From: Eledone cirrhosa
Lineage: Eukaryota
Length of the DNA stretch: 64,000 nt
Assembly: GCA_964016885.1 (NCBI GenBank)
Contig: OZ024740.1
Location: 211,792,001-211,856,000 of the forward strand
Reading direction: 5' to 3'
In this document: in pieces, positions 1 through 12,469 of the stretch
How positions within the stretch are numbered: the stretch's first letter is position 1
How the letters are laid out: each line of letters begins with the position of its first letter
Notes under the pieces: model-generated
Databases searched by the model: none
What the model saw: only the letters and a program-made list of their open reading frames with translations
Told to the model about the DNA's origin: nothing
Translations under genes and position numbers: made by a program

Positions 1-872
1 GCGGTCATCCTCCATGCACATCACATGTCCATACCAATGCAGTCTTCTCTCCCGCACACTACAGCCTATCCCTCTTATACACAGTTTCTCTCTCAACTTG
101 TCTATGGTTGGTCGTTCACTCACATTGACATTGCACATACAATGGAGCATGCTTGCTTCATTTCCCTCCAGCCGTCGCATATCCTCCTCAGTTGCTGCCC
201 ATGTCTCACTATCATGCAGCATCACGCATCTCACACAGGCATCATATAACCAGCCTTTCATATGCAGGGAGAAACCCTTCTTTGTCAACAGAGGAAGCAG
301 CTCCCTAAACTTCTTCCAACCCGTCCTTATTCTAGATACTATGACCTCGGAGCACCCTCCTCCCTTACTAATCTGATCACCTAGGTATCGGAAGCTATCA
401 ACCACCTCTATAGGTCCTACCTGCATTTGAAAAATGTGTCTATCACTGCAACTTCTACTGTCAAATTTCCCTGTACATCTACTGCATATGTAGTTTTCCC
501 TACTTGTTAGTTTGCCTGGTACCCCACTACATCTCTTGTGTACCCAAGATCTCTATTGTGTACATTTTATAGAATTTATGCCAACTCCTTTCCTACATAT
601 TGAACATGGCCATTTCCCTGATGGAATCAGAGTTTTGTCCTCTTTCCTACATAACAACACTTTAGTCTTAGTTAGGTTTACTCTCAGTCCTCTTGATTCC
701 AACTACTGTTTCCATAGCCAGAATTTATTCTCTAGCTCCTCTACTGATTCTGCTATAATCGTCAGCATAGAGAAGTTCTCATGGGCAGCCAGTCTTAAAT
801 TCCTTTGTTATGGTTTGGAGGACTATAATAAACAAGAGCGGGCTGAGGACCGAACCCTGATGTACTCCTACC
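1..872 (-). mobile_element. RTE-clade LINE fragment (RT core to C-terminal region), degenerate
   Basis: Minus-strand translation gives GVGVHQGSVLSPLLFII and GGCSEVIVSRIRTGWKKFRELLPLL...SETW, typical of RTE RT. It continues beyond the window start. Confidence 0.85.
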
Positions 873-1223
873 CCTACTCCATCCTTCCACTCCCACCAAC
901 ACCACCGTTTCTCCATAAAGTTATGTTGGTATCACAACATCCAGTCCAAACTAATGAGGTTGTGTAGGTGTCACGACAAAAAAACACACAGTCCACACTG
1001 TAATGTGGTTGTGTAGGTAACATGGTAAAAAGCTCCCGGTCCACACTATAAATGTAGTTGGTGTTAGGAAGGGCATCTAGCTGTAGAAAACCTGCCAGAT
1101 AGTCCTATACGAGCGAAACACGGTCACCCAATCAATCTTGCCTCAAATGGGACAATTCCCGTCTAACCTATGCTAGCGTGAGAGATAGACATTAAACGAT
1201 GATGTTGATGATGATGATGATGA
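873..1223 (+). mobile_element. RTE LINE 3' UTR ending in (GAT)n
   Basis: Collinear with the 3' UTR at 16845-17201 (caacatccagtccaaa...gttaggaagggcatc...taaacgatgatg). Confidence 0.85.
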
Positions 1224-1329
1224 AGAAAAGGAGGGGAAGTGCAAGGATTATTAGGCAACAGAAGAAAGAGAGGGGGAAGGGGAAAGAGTGACAGATTCTA
1301 CTCCTAGGCGAGGCAGCTCAGGACACTGG

Positions 1330-1516
1330 TGGACTCATAGCCTCAGACAGAATGCTTTGTAGTATTTTGTTATGACATATTCTGTGTTCAAGACATGCCA
1401 AGGTCAGCTTTGTCTTTCATCATTCCAAGTTTGATAAAACCTGGGGTATGTATAATCGACTTTCCCCTCTCCCAACAAATTGTTGGCCTTTTGTCTAAAT
1501 TAGAAACAATTATTAT
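1330..1516 (+). mobile_element. tRNA-derived SINE with Nin/Deu-like core, degenerate
   Basis: Core ggtcagctttgtctttcatc...gataaaa and tail tagaaacaattatt match the better-preserved copies at 40278-40650. Confidence 0.65.
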
Positions 1517-2053
1517 CCTTAGCTGAATTCTTTCTGAACAAAACAGCATTTGTCTCCTTTCATAATTGTCTGATTAAAAAGATATTCTCTCTCTCTCTTT
1601 CTCTCTCACTCTCTGTCTCTCACTCTCTCTCTGTCTCTCCTCCCTCTTTTCCTTTTTTTCCTCCTCATTATGCATTATTAAAATAAATATAAATTTAATA
1701 TGCTAGGGATTAAGAGCATGTAATTGTAACTAGTGAATTGTTTATGTTGGGGTATAGTAACGTAAATTGTAGGATTTAGTTATAAATAGTTTCAATATGA
1801 AAAGCACTGGATTACTATTAAACTAAGTAGCTCAGCAATTGGTAATGGGAACAGAGTATAGAAAATCCCTCAACTGAAAATCTTCTATTCACTGTAAAAG
1901 TGAAAATAATTCTTTCCTTTGTGAGAGAATGAATACTGACAAAAGTTATGCTTTGTTCTAGATTTAGCTTATCACATTTCAGAAAAGAGAAGTGGAAGGC
2001 TAACAAAGTGATTGCCAAAATATAAATGTATTCAAATGTTCTTTTATCCTTGA

Positions 2054-3122
2054 CTAGCAGAGGTACCCGGTGTTGCTCGGGTATTAAATACCAGTTATGT
2101 ATACCATTTATGTCAATACTTCAGTGTTGCTTGGAAAACTATACTTTTACAAAATCATCGGCTTTTTCCAAAAGGGTGTTCCTGCGCCCAGGGGTCCCCT
2201 ACTCAATATGTGCCAATTCTGAGAGTTCACATTTATCTGTAGAACAAACGTAGCCCATGTGTCAAGTTTTGTGAAAATCGGTTGCGAACTCCAGAAGTGA
2301 TGACGTTTTGTTGCATTGCACTGCAGTGCTTCAGTCGATGACTCCAAAGAAATGGTTAAAGGGGGTTATCTGCCGGGAGGCCCTATAATCAATATCTGGA
2401 AAAATGAAAGTGCCCATGACCATCCGGAGTACTTAAGTTTGGTGAAAATACTGTAGAAATGCATAAGGTTTACACACACACACGTGATTGTGTGTGTGTG
2501 TGTGCGTGTGTATTTGTGTGTGCGTATGTATATGTATGTGTATGTCCGTCGGCGCATACGTATGTATTGGCCTATATCTTCACTATTTACTTTTACTATT
2601 TTAAGGCAAAGTTAAAATCCCGTCGAGGTTAACTTTGCCTTTCATCCTTACGGGGTCGATAAAATAAAGTACCAGTAATGTACTGGGTAATTGCTGGCCT
2701 TGTGCCAAAAGTAGAAACAACTATTTTAATAACCTCTGTCATTTTCGTTTACAATTTTATTTACATCATTCTTAAACTCCGGGGCTGGAAATCATTCGGT
2801 TATTTTAAATAGAATATTAGTCTAATGGCTCCATTTACATCATAAACTTGGTCTCGTCTTTGCATGAAATTGTTCTTCTCGATCCACATAACGACGTATT
2901 ATCCTTGCCTTTTTTCTGTTCATTACCAGGGAACGTCTTCACGAACCAAAATATCGTCTTCATGTTTTCCTTCAGTTGCAATGTTTCTCAAAATATTTAA
3001 TTCTGCGTTCACAGATTGAATTTATTAGTTTAAGAAGATCCCGTTAATGTTGAAAGCAACGATTCTTTGCTTAAACTTTCTTTCTTTCTCAACCCCTCTC
3101 CCTTTTTTCTCATACCCGCTCA

Positions 3123-3182
<60 letters not shown>

Positions 3183-4186
3183 AGAATGGAGAACAATAAA
3201 GAACGCGTAGATCTCTCTCTCTCTGTCTTTATATATATATGTGTTTGTGTGTGTGTGTGTGAACCAGCGTTCGTCGCCATTCTCTCTCTCTCTCTCTGTC
3301 TCTCTATCTGATTATCTTGTACCTCTCTCTGTATAACGACCTATCTCACTCTCTCTCTCTACATCTCCCCTTCTCTCTTTAGATGTATATGTATATGTGT
3401 GTGTGTGATATATATATAGAGAGAGAGTTGCAACATGTATGTAGTTTCATAGATTTTTAGGGTAGTGAGAATGAAAATATAAACAGAGCATATAAATAAA
3501 TTTACAGTAGAATAACATAACAAATATATTTTAAATATATACATAAATAACATTACAAATGCCTCAGTAACACTACAAAGGATGATACAATGAAAGATAT
3601 ATTCCTTCAATGCTACAATATTAAAGAAAATGTAAAGGAAGGGGTGAACAACGGAGCCAACACCAGAGCAAAAGACAGCAACGTCACGAGTACTGGGCAA
3701 CCTCTCTAATTTTGAGGCAAGCCAGAACGCTCGCAGCGTTGCCTCGGGTGATGGCGAGGCTGATGCGCTGAAATATTGTTTTAAAAGACTTTTTAATTGA
3801 AATGAAGCAAAAGGGAAGCTTAATGTTGAAACATTGAACTCATGAATTTTGCAGGTTAAAATTTTGCTGGCCCGAAAACTGTTCGCGTATTTTTGTACGT
3901 GTAGTTTATTCGTAACGTAAATAGATAAACAAATGACGCCATAAAAGGGAAAAAAAACTCGTCTCTCATCTCTATTTATACATTTGAACTGAAAAATCAA
4001 TACATTACAAATTCGATTTTTGAACTTGGCGTGGGTTGATTTGAAAATTTTTTTGATCGATGTCTCCACCAGACCTTCATCTATAAGTGTAGCAATTTCA
4101 CCAAAATTTGAACGTACGGTTTAGGAGGAGATGTGTGCCGACCGTTTTACTAGACAGACAGACAACCCCAGTTTTATATATATAGA
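2054..4186 (-). mobile_element. Complete non-autonomous Helitron
   Basis: On the minus strand it starts TCTATATATATAAAACTGGGG (4186). It ends with the hairpin TACCCG-agcaacac-CGGGTA then CTAG (2054). It sits between A and T with no TSD. Confidence 0.85.
3125..3180. repeat. (CT)n microsatellite
   Basis: Pure dinucleotide run. Confidence 0.95.
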
Positions 4187-4297
4187 TTAGCTTGATGCAC
4201 TTTCATTGAGAAGCTTTCAGCATCAATGAAATCAATTATATTATCAACATGAATATTTTTGTTTAAATAATAAAAAAAAAAAAAAAATGATGATGGT

Positions 4298-4632
4298 CAT
4301 CATCATCATCACCGTTTAACGTCTATTTTCCCATGCAAGCATGGGTTTGACGAGTTATCCTGTTGTGAGACAAGCCAGATCAGGTGACCATGGTCTTTCT
4401 CAAACAGAACTGATTCTGGTTTGGTTTCTACATCTGGATGCCCTTCCTAATGCCAACTACATTTACAGTGTGGACTGGGTGCTTTTTGTCGTGACTCCTA
4501 CATGACTACCTTACAGTGTGTACTGGATGCTTTTTGTCGTGACTCCTACATGACCCCTTTACAATGTGTACTGGGTGCTTTTTGTTGTGACTCCTACACG
4601 ACCACTTTACAGTGTGGGCTGGATGCTTTTTG
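4298..4632 (-). mobile_element. RTE 3'-end-derived element with about 3.5 copies of a 48-bp unit
   Basis: (CAT)n tail, ggatgcccttcctaa motif, then tandem ttacagtgtggactgggtgctttttgtcgtgactcctacatgac units. Confidence 0.8.
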
Positions 4633-4635
4633 TAT

Positions 4636-4910
4636 ATACTTCAGTATAAGTCCAGGAATATGTGACAAAAAAAAAAATCGATGGTAGAAGCGGGGAAGTC
4701 GGCTTATATTCAGGGTCAATATTTTGACTATTTTCACCAACTTCAAATTCTACATAAATAAGCTTTGGACTTTTGCCTATTTCTCAGACATAAAATAGTG
4801 GGGTTGACTTATATTCGAGTATATATGGTAGATATTATAGGGTAAAAGTAAAGGACTAAAAAATCGATGGTAGAAAATGGGGTTGGCTTATATTTGAGTA
4901 TATATGGTCA
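4636..4910. mobile_element. Tigger/pogo-like MITE remnant with duplicated terminus
   Basis: The terminus gacttatattcgagtatatatggta occurs at about 4806-4830 and again at about 4886-4908. Confidence 0.45.
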
Positions 4911-5210
4911 TTTTATTGAAAAGTACTGAAATCCTTGTGACTTGCAGTTGCTGCCCATGTCTCACTACCATGCAGCATCGCTCACCTCACACAGGCATCA
5001 TATAACCGGCCTTTCGTACACAGGGAGAAACCTTTCTTCGTCAGCAGAGGAAGCAGCTCCCTAAACTTCTTCCAACCGTTCTTATTCTAGATACTATGGC
5101 CTCGGAACACCCCCCTCCCATGCTAAAATTCAGTCCAACCCTTGAAAGTTTGGAAAAGCAGATGTAAAAACGATGATAATGATGCCTTGTTTTGTTTTTT
5201 TTATTTTCAG

Positions 5211-5287
5211 AAAATTGAAATAGAACTGAAAAATATGCAGGAAAATTACGTGGATATAAAAACAAAGTTTGATTGTTTAAAAGCCAG
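5211..5287 (+). CDS. CCDC13: Coiled-coil domain-containing protein 13-like, internal exon (phase 0 to 2)
   Basis: Acceptor ttattttcAG and donor GTaata. It encodes KIEIELKNMQENYVDIKTKFDCLKA(R) and splices in frame to 17330. It resembles my recollection of the vertebrate CCDC13 segment ...ELEELKKKFEGMRSR. Confidence 0.8.
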
Positions 5288-5535
5288 GTAATAATAGATG
5301 TGAATTCACATTTTAGTTTTGCTGTCTTGATTATATGCAATGTCAAAGAGTAAGTACTTTATTTTATTGACCCCAGAATGATGAAAGGCAGAATTGACCT
5401 TAATGGGATTTGAACACAGTATATAAAGAGATGGAATATATACTGCAAAGCATTTGTCTGATGCTCAAATGATTCTATAAATCTCTGCTCTATTTTCTAC
5501 CTTTTTATTATAGTAGAGGAGTAACATAAATCATG

Positions 5536-6010
5536 TTACAACATAAAGTACCCAGTACACACTGTAGAGTGGTCATGTAGGTGTCACAACAAAAAGCACT
5601 CAGTCCACACTGTAAAGTGGTGATGTAGGTGTCACAACATAAAGTACCCAGTCCACACTGTAAATTTGTCATGTAGAGGTCACAACAAAAAGCACCCAGT
5701 CCACACTGTAGAGTGGTCATGTAGGTGTCACAACAAAAAGCACCCAGTCCACACTGTAAATTTGTCATGTAGAGGTCACGACAAAAAGCACCCAGTCCAC
5801 ACTGTAAAGTGGTGATGTAGGTGTCACAACATAAAGTACCCAGTCCACACTATAGAGTGGTCATGTAGGTGTCACAACAAAAAGCACCCAGTCCACACTG
5901 TAAAGTGGTCATGTAGGTGTCACAACATAAAGTACCCAGTCCACACTGTAAATTTGTCATATAGAGGTCACGACAAAAAGCACCCAGTCCACACTGTAGA
6001 GTGATCATGT
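5536..6010 (+). repeat. 48-bp minisatellite, about 10 copies
   Basis: Unit cacccagtccacactgtaaagtggtcatgtaggtgtcacaacaaaaag. The overlapping ORF shows a 16-aa periodicity. Confidence 0.95.
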
Positions 6011-6475
6011 TGGATTGGTAGTATTGGTAGAATGTTAGACAACATGCTTTGCAGCAAATAGTTATGTCCCTTTATGTTCTGCATTCAAATCTTGTCAAGG
6101 TTAGCTTTACCTTCCATTCTTTTGGAGATAGGGGTGATCGATAAATGAAAGTGCCAGTGTTGCTCTGAGATCGATTTAATCGACTTTTCCCTCCCCCAAA
6201 ATTGTTGGCATTTTGCCTAAATCAGAAACCACTATTTCCAAATGATTTTCTCATAGCAAATCCTTTATTATTTTATCAACATTTTCTAGACATGTCCAAA
6301 CATTCCAGCATCTGTATGAAGGATCTATATAGTTATATTTTATTAAAGAATGTGCTTGAATGTTCTCAATAGTAATGGAATATTACACTTATATCAAAGA
6401 TACTGATTTCATGAAATTAATCTTAAACTTTGAATTGTTTTATCATAGTAAAGAAGATTTTAAGAGACGTGTTTC

Positions 6476-7050
6476 ATCATCATCATCCTCCTGACCTCTT
6501 AATGTCCATTTTTCCACGTTAGCATGGATTAGACGAGTTGTCCCATTGTGAGACAAGCCAGGTCAGAGGACCATGTCATGCTCATACAGAACTGATTTTG
6601 GCTTGGTTTCTATGGCTGGATGTCCTTCCTAACGACAACCTCATTTACAGTGTGTATTGGGTGTTTTTTGTTGTGACATCTACATGATAACTTTACAGTG
6701 TGGGCTGGGTACTTTTTTGTTGTGACACCTACATGACCACTTTACAGTGTGGACAGGGTACTTTTTGATGTGACACCTACATGACCACTTTACAGTGTGG
6801 ACAGGGTACTTTTTGATGTGACACCTACATGACCACTTTACAGTGTGGACAGGGTACATTTTGTTGTGACACCTACATGACCACTTTACAGTGTGGACTG
6901 GGTGCTTTTTGTTGTGACACCTACATGACAAATTTACAGTGTGGACTGGGTACTTTATGTTGTGACACCTACATCACCACTTTACAGTGTGGACTGGGTG
7001 TTTTTTGTCATGACACCTACATGACCACACTACAGTGTAGACTAGGTGCT
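6476..7050 (-). repeat. RTE 3'-end element with about 8.5 copies of the 48-bp unit
   Basis: (CAT)n tail at 6476, ggatgtccttcctaa motif, and the array at 6640-7050 in the opposite orientation to 5536-6010. Confidence 0.9.
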
Positions 7051-10000
7051 TTCGTCCCAAACAATTAGTAGGCAGCGCTTTAACACCAGCGCTTTTCCAG
7101 AAGACATGCTGATTTTGCATGTGGGTGTCTCAGATGATGCCACGTTGAGAGGAAGACTGAAGGCAGAATGGGCCATCCTGCCACCAGGCAGCAAAGTTGC
7201 TGCAATGCCAGAAGAAGCCACGGCCAATGCGATGTTTCCGTGTTGCCTCACTGCAGCGAGTAAAAGTTTGATTACAAATGTTTTGCCCGTGCCTCCAGGT
7301 GCGTCCAGGAAGAATATACCCCCTCCCCGATTATGGATGGAATCAACGACAATATTGTAGGCTTGTTTTTGATTCATTAGAAGTTTTGGTTCATTATCTT
7401 CAACATACCTTTTGAGTTCGTCGACATCATATGACGTTTCACGTATAATGTCGTTGGGAATGCCAGATGGTGCATCTCGAAGTGTTTGTGGAAGCCCATA
7501 TTTCTCCAAGACATCTCTGCCCATTGAAGCCACTCTGTCTTCAATATCGATCAGAGCTCTGTTATATATAGCTTCTGAAAAGCCGACATCTAAGTTTTGA
7601 GATTGCAATTGAGCGAGACGCCTATATTCGTCTGCGAAATCATCTTTAAACTTTTGTCATAAAGAGTAAGGATCACTCAATTCACAGACGTGCAAGAGGA
7701 TAGCAAAAAGTGCTCTTAGACTACGGGATGATTGTGAGATGGCAGCTTCCGTCAAGGTTGCATCCCATTGTGCATCATCTTCTAAAAGTCCACGCCTTAA
7801 GCAGGCTTCCCTGTACATTCCGCAGGCTTATCCATCGACGGTTTTCAGATGAGTGAAGCTAGTCGGCCTTCTTACCTCATGAAGCAGAAGTCGCAGGTAG
7901 AAGCATGTGTTGGGTAGGGTGGACCATATAAACTCGCCCAAGGCAATTGTCGAATGTGATGCCTGGATGTCCAACCACCTCTTGTCCTACCTTCCTTCGT
8001 AGCCATTCTCTCCGGTTCCATGTATAGTAAGACGGTATTTCAGAATACAGCAGAGTTCGAGCGAAGTCGTCATGTTGACAAAGTTTGAAAAAAGCGGTGA
8101 GTGTAGTTTCCTTTGGTGAGATCGTTAGCTGAGCAGCTGTTGCATCATTGAAATACACCTGTTGACCGTTTTCAAGGTGAACGGCAAGTTGTTTAATGAG
8201 GGGGTGGCGTTGGTGCAGTGGGAAGCTAAAAACGCGTCAAAAGGCTTCATTGCTGCTAATGTATCGGCCTGCTTGGTAGTCAGATTCCTCGTCTCTACTG
8301 TTTTCATGACGAAGACCAAAGATGGCAGCATCCGATCCCTTGTTTACGTACTTACAAATGTATTGAATTGATTTTACTGAGTTGCAAAATTCAATGTTTA
8401 TATGGGCATTGAATGCTTTCAAAAGGAGGGGGCAATATGGCACTATATATGGCACTGTTGTTGATTTCGCGTTCACCAACTTTTGCTGTGAACCCACCGT
8501 CTTCAGGTCTCCTGCGCCTATACAACGGATATCCGTCACCGCCAGTCTGTGTTTCCTGTAAAAACGGCCTGGGATATCGTTTTGTACACTTTCCGTCGTG
8601 TATGCACGGGGCCTTCATATTGAGTCCATGTCCACAAGGACCATGTTTGATGTGACTATAGAGAAGAAATGAATTTGTCGATGTAGTTTGAACTGATTTT
8701 TGTAACCAACCAAATCAAGATATGGGCATGCGGCAGCTCTCCTTTCTGCCATTCAACCGTGTACATGTCGCACCTGACAGGCCCCAAAACCTGTCCTTTC
8801 TTTAATAAATCCATTAATTTGGGTAATTTCAGGTGAAACACTCTTGCTATGAGATTGTGCCTGTGTCTTGGCGCTTGACCGTGGAACAGTTCGTTTGTAA
8901 TCTCCTTCCACTTGGGATTGCATGTAAACGTTATGAAAAGGTCGGGGCGCCCATAATGTCGTACGTAGGTCATGGCGTCCTGAGTCCTCTCGTGCATGTA
9001 TCGGAGCCCCCCTGTGAACATTGAAGGCAAAATACACACTTTCCCTAAATTGTCTGGGGATACATCGTAGATGATACACGTAGATGAATGTAACATTCAG
9101 ATCGAAGTTTCTTTTGATTTAATTTAATGAACCATAATCTCTCGGACTCCATTTTAACATCCATATCAACAGCAAATTGTTGGAAAAGGTCCCGAGAACA
9201 GTGTAGATGGTTGAATGAATTGTCCCTTACCATAAATCGGAAAGTGTAGAAATCCATGCAGGTGACAGTTTTCCTAAGATGTGCCTCACCATTGCCTGCT
9301 GAATGTTGAGTAATGCCGAAATGGTATCCATCCGCGCCGTTGACAAATAGCAATGGATACTGGAGTGCATCGTAGGACCTGTGTGTCTCATTGATACGCT
9401 GTAATGGGCTGTCTCGGTGCTTTAGAATGATATCTCTCTTGTTGTGCTGTTCACCACAAATAACCGCAGCAATCTCATTACATGTTGGTGCGTTGAACCG
9501 ACCAGCGTGTTCTCCAGATGGCCTTCGGTCAGCATGTATGACTACACTAAAGTTTTGGTCGGTGGCTGTTTCCAAATCGTACTTGAAACTGCGAACATAG
9601 CTGTTTATGTCGTGAAGCATTTCTTGAAGTTTTATTATGGTTCCAATGTTAGTTTCGGATGAAATAGAGTTTCACATCTCTGCCTGCTCCTGATAGTTTC
9701 CAACGAAGTATAACTGAAGAAATTGAGGATCCTTTTCTGCTAGAGGCTGAATAGAACCAATAGACCAGTAGATCTGCCCTGGACCTTGAAAGTTGTCATG
9801 AACCCACGTTCCGAGGCAAGCTTTGCTCCGAAGGATGTCATTTGAAACGCGGAATTGTAGCGGTGGATATTACGCAGAAACTTCGATGATTCCTCCATCA
9901 TGTCTATCAAAAGGAGTTGCAATGTCTCTGGAGGGTCGTGAATAGGAGGTAGTCTAACTTTACCGTTTGAACAGCACATTCCATCTATCTCCCCTTGCCA

Positions 10001-10560
10001 CTTTTTCGTACAACAAAACTGGCAAGTAGAGGTCATTTCCCCAATTTGAATATCTGCATGGATGGCGTAGTCAGAGGAGGGGTCGTAGTTAAAGGCCTTC
10101 AACAACCATCGTGAATTGCAAGTCCTAGAAATGCCATGTAACGATGATCGCCACTGTTCACTTTGCAGAAGTCGGCCACGTCGTTGCTCTATGGTTTCAG
10201 TAGTTTGTGCAGCAGCAGTAGCAGTGGCGTCCCTGCTTCGTCGAACGGCGTGCCGTCCTTCATCCTCTCGAGTCCGAGCAGTGGCTGTTGCAGCAGCGTC
10301 CCTGCTTCGTCGAACGGCACGTCGTCCTTCATCCTCTCATGCGCGAGCACCAGCAGTCGCGGCAGCACTTTTATTTCGTCGAAGTTCACGCCGACTGTCA
10401 TCCTCCTCCGCTCTTGCAGCTGCCGCCTGCACAGTATTCTGTGAGAGCCTGATCGCAGTCGCATTTACATCTTCGGTGAGACACCTTCACTTAGACCTAC
10501 TTGCATCATTAGATAATCGACCAATGAGAGTTCCTTTCTTGTGGGGGAATTGTTTTTAGA
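7046..10560 (-). pseudogene. Helitron RepHel (HUH Rep plus PIF1 helicase) pseudogene
   Basis: Contains N-terminal 60-bp repeats, Zn finger CQFC...MCCSNGKV, and Rep motifs PDLFITFTCNPKW, VEWQKGELPHAHIL and YICKYVNKG. Helicase motifs are DAPGGTGKTF and LIVWDE. It is split over about 8 ORFs. Confidence 0.93.
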
Positions 10561-11498
10561 AAACTAACCGGGGAGAATGATAAATAGTGGACAAATAACG
10601 TTTAAGTAAGCAAAAAAACACGGATATAAATTGTGAAAAAATGTGATAAATCTATGTGGTCTGAGAAAGTGGGTATGTTTTGCACGATTTTGTGGACCAG
10701 TCAAATTTCAGGTTTTAAGTTAGGAGCAACGCAAAGTAAGTACTAACCATTGAAAGGATACAGGCAAAAATGGCCGAAATATCACAGCATGATAAACTGG
10801 AACCTTATGACCATAAACACATTAACTAAACCTCCTTTAACCCTTTAGTGTTCAAACCGGCCGAAATTGTTTCCTCTTCATTTGTTCAAACCGTCCAAAA
10901 CCGCCGTAACACCCACACTTAAATATCGTTCTAAAAATAAACAATACGAGATTACTGCGAGATTAGGCCCTTACCATGAAAATTAACACTTAATATAGTG
11001 AAACAACTTAAAATAACGTGTTTTTTTAACGGTGAAAGTAGAACAGATTTTTTGTTTGTATCAACATGGCTTATGAAAGTAGCGATACTGACTTTCAAGT
11101 TTTTACACACGACGACATTCAAAATAAACAAGAAACAAAAGCTAATATTATTGATTTATCTTCGAATGAATCAGATGTTTACATTTCTGAAATTTCATCC
11201 GACGATGATTGTTGTTTTTAAAGTGAAAACGAAGATCGAACGTAGACTTCAAAAGTTATCAGGTACTAATACAGTGGTAATGTGAACTTCAATAGATAAA
11301 GTCGAAGGGAGAGGCTTAAGTGGGCTACCTGCCCCAGGAGGCCCCTACAATCGATGTACGGAAAAATAAAATAACCTACAACGCGTAATAGGACTTCAGA
11401 AACCTATGTATGAAATTTGGTGCAAATCGGTTGTAAAATGCATGCTGTTACACAAACAGACACACATCTTCTGTTTTATATATATATATATATAAAGA
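7046..11498 (-). mobile_element. Autonomous-type Helitron, 3'-truncated and frameshifted
   Basis: The 5' end is A|TCTTTATATATA...AAAACAGAAGATGTGTG at 11498. RepHel coding remnants span 7046-10560. No 3' hairpin or CTAG is present. Confidence 0.92.
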
Positions 11499-11944
11499 TA
11501 AATCAATAAAAGGATTTTTCTATAAACTAAGAAAGTACCTACTTAGAGAAAATAAACATGTGCAGCACGTTGAATCTTTTCTTCCAAATTCAATTAAATA
11601 TATCTACTAAAATGTATCTGATGAATATCAATATTTCAGATGGGTATTGCTGAAATATACTACGGACATTAATACTTAGAAATAAATGTTATACCGTGTT
11701 AAAGATGAAACTTTTGCTTATTCATGTTTTTATAATAAATACATTCAAGATAAAAATTTGATGCGCAAGGTTGAAAGATTTGGTATTAGAAAGAATAAAT
11801 TCATCTCAAGGATATTTTAAACAGAACTACATAACTAAACCTTAACCACCACTACCACATGTAGTTATTACAATTTCAATACCAAATATTTCACTAATAC
11901 CATTTAACTGTAACATTCAGAATATTTCATCATCATGAAGATTA

Positions 11945-12050
11945 GTAGTTAGAGAATTGGATTTGCAATTGTGAGGTTGTGAGTTCAATTCCCAGACTGG
12001 GCAATGTGTTATGACCTTGAGCAAGACACTTTATTTCATGTTACTCTTTC
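11945..12050 (+). mobile_element. tRNA-derived SINE head (V/CORE-like)
   Basis: B-box-like gagttcaattccc followed by ccttgagcaagacacttt. Confidence 0.5.
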
Positions 12051-12469
12051 TGCCAGGAATTGTGGCCTGTAGATAGTATCAACAATAGGAAGACAAATGG
12101 AAACTTTCTTTCCTTGGTCTAATTTGAGGAGTTCCACCCAACTCTGTAAGAGAATGATGCCTGGGAACTTGTTAATTGTTTTCTCTCTCAGTTTTACTTT
12201 TCTATGTTGGCATGGGCTGGATGGAATGTTTAGAGAAAATATTTTACAGCCAGAGGTCTTTCCTAATGCCAACCCTTTTATTCAGCTTTTATGACATACA
12301 GGGATACAGTGTACCTATTCTAAAAACTGGGATACATAAAACATGACATTTATAACATTGAAAATATTATTGATAAAAAAAGGCTTATTAATAAACTAGG
12401 TTTGTCAGAAAAGACACAAGACTAGGGTTGCCAAAAATGTTGAAATCCAAACTATAAACTACAAGTTTT

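Noticed and set aside
3359-4069. 236-aa ORF
   Set aside because: It is a patchwork across Helitron internal sequence, a CRE tail and microsatellite, with no coherent domain.
5536-7050. Regularly spaced repeats resembling a CRISPR array, and Cys-rich repeat ORFs (MTTLQCGLGAFCCDTY)
   Set aside because: The units are contiguous 48-bp tandem copies with no unique spacers and no cas genes, in a eukaryotic context. The ORFs are by-products of a unit length divisible by three.
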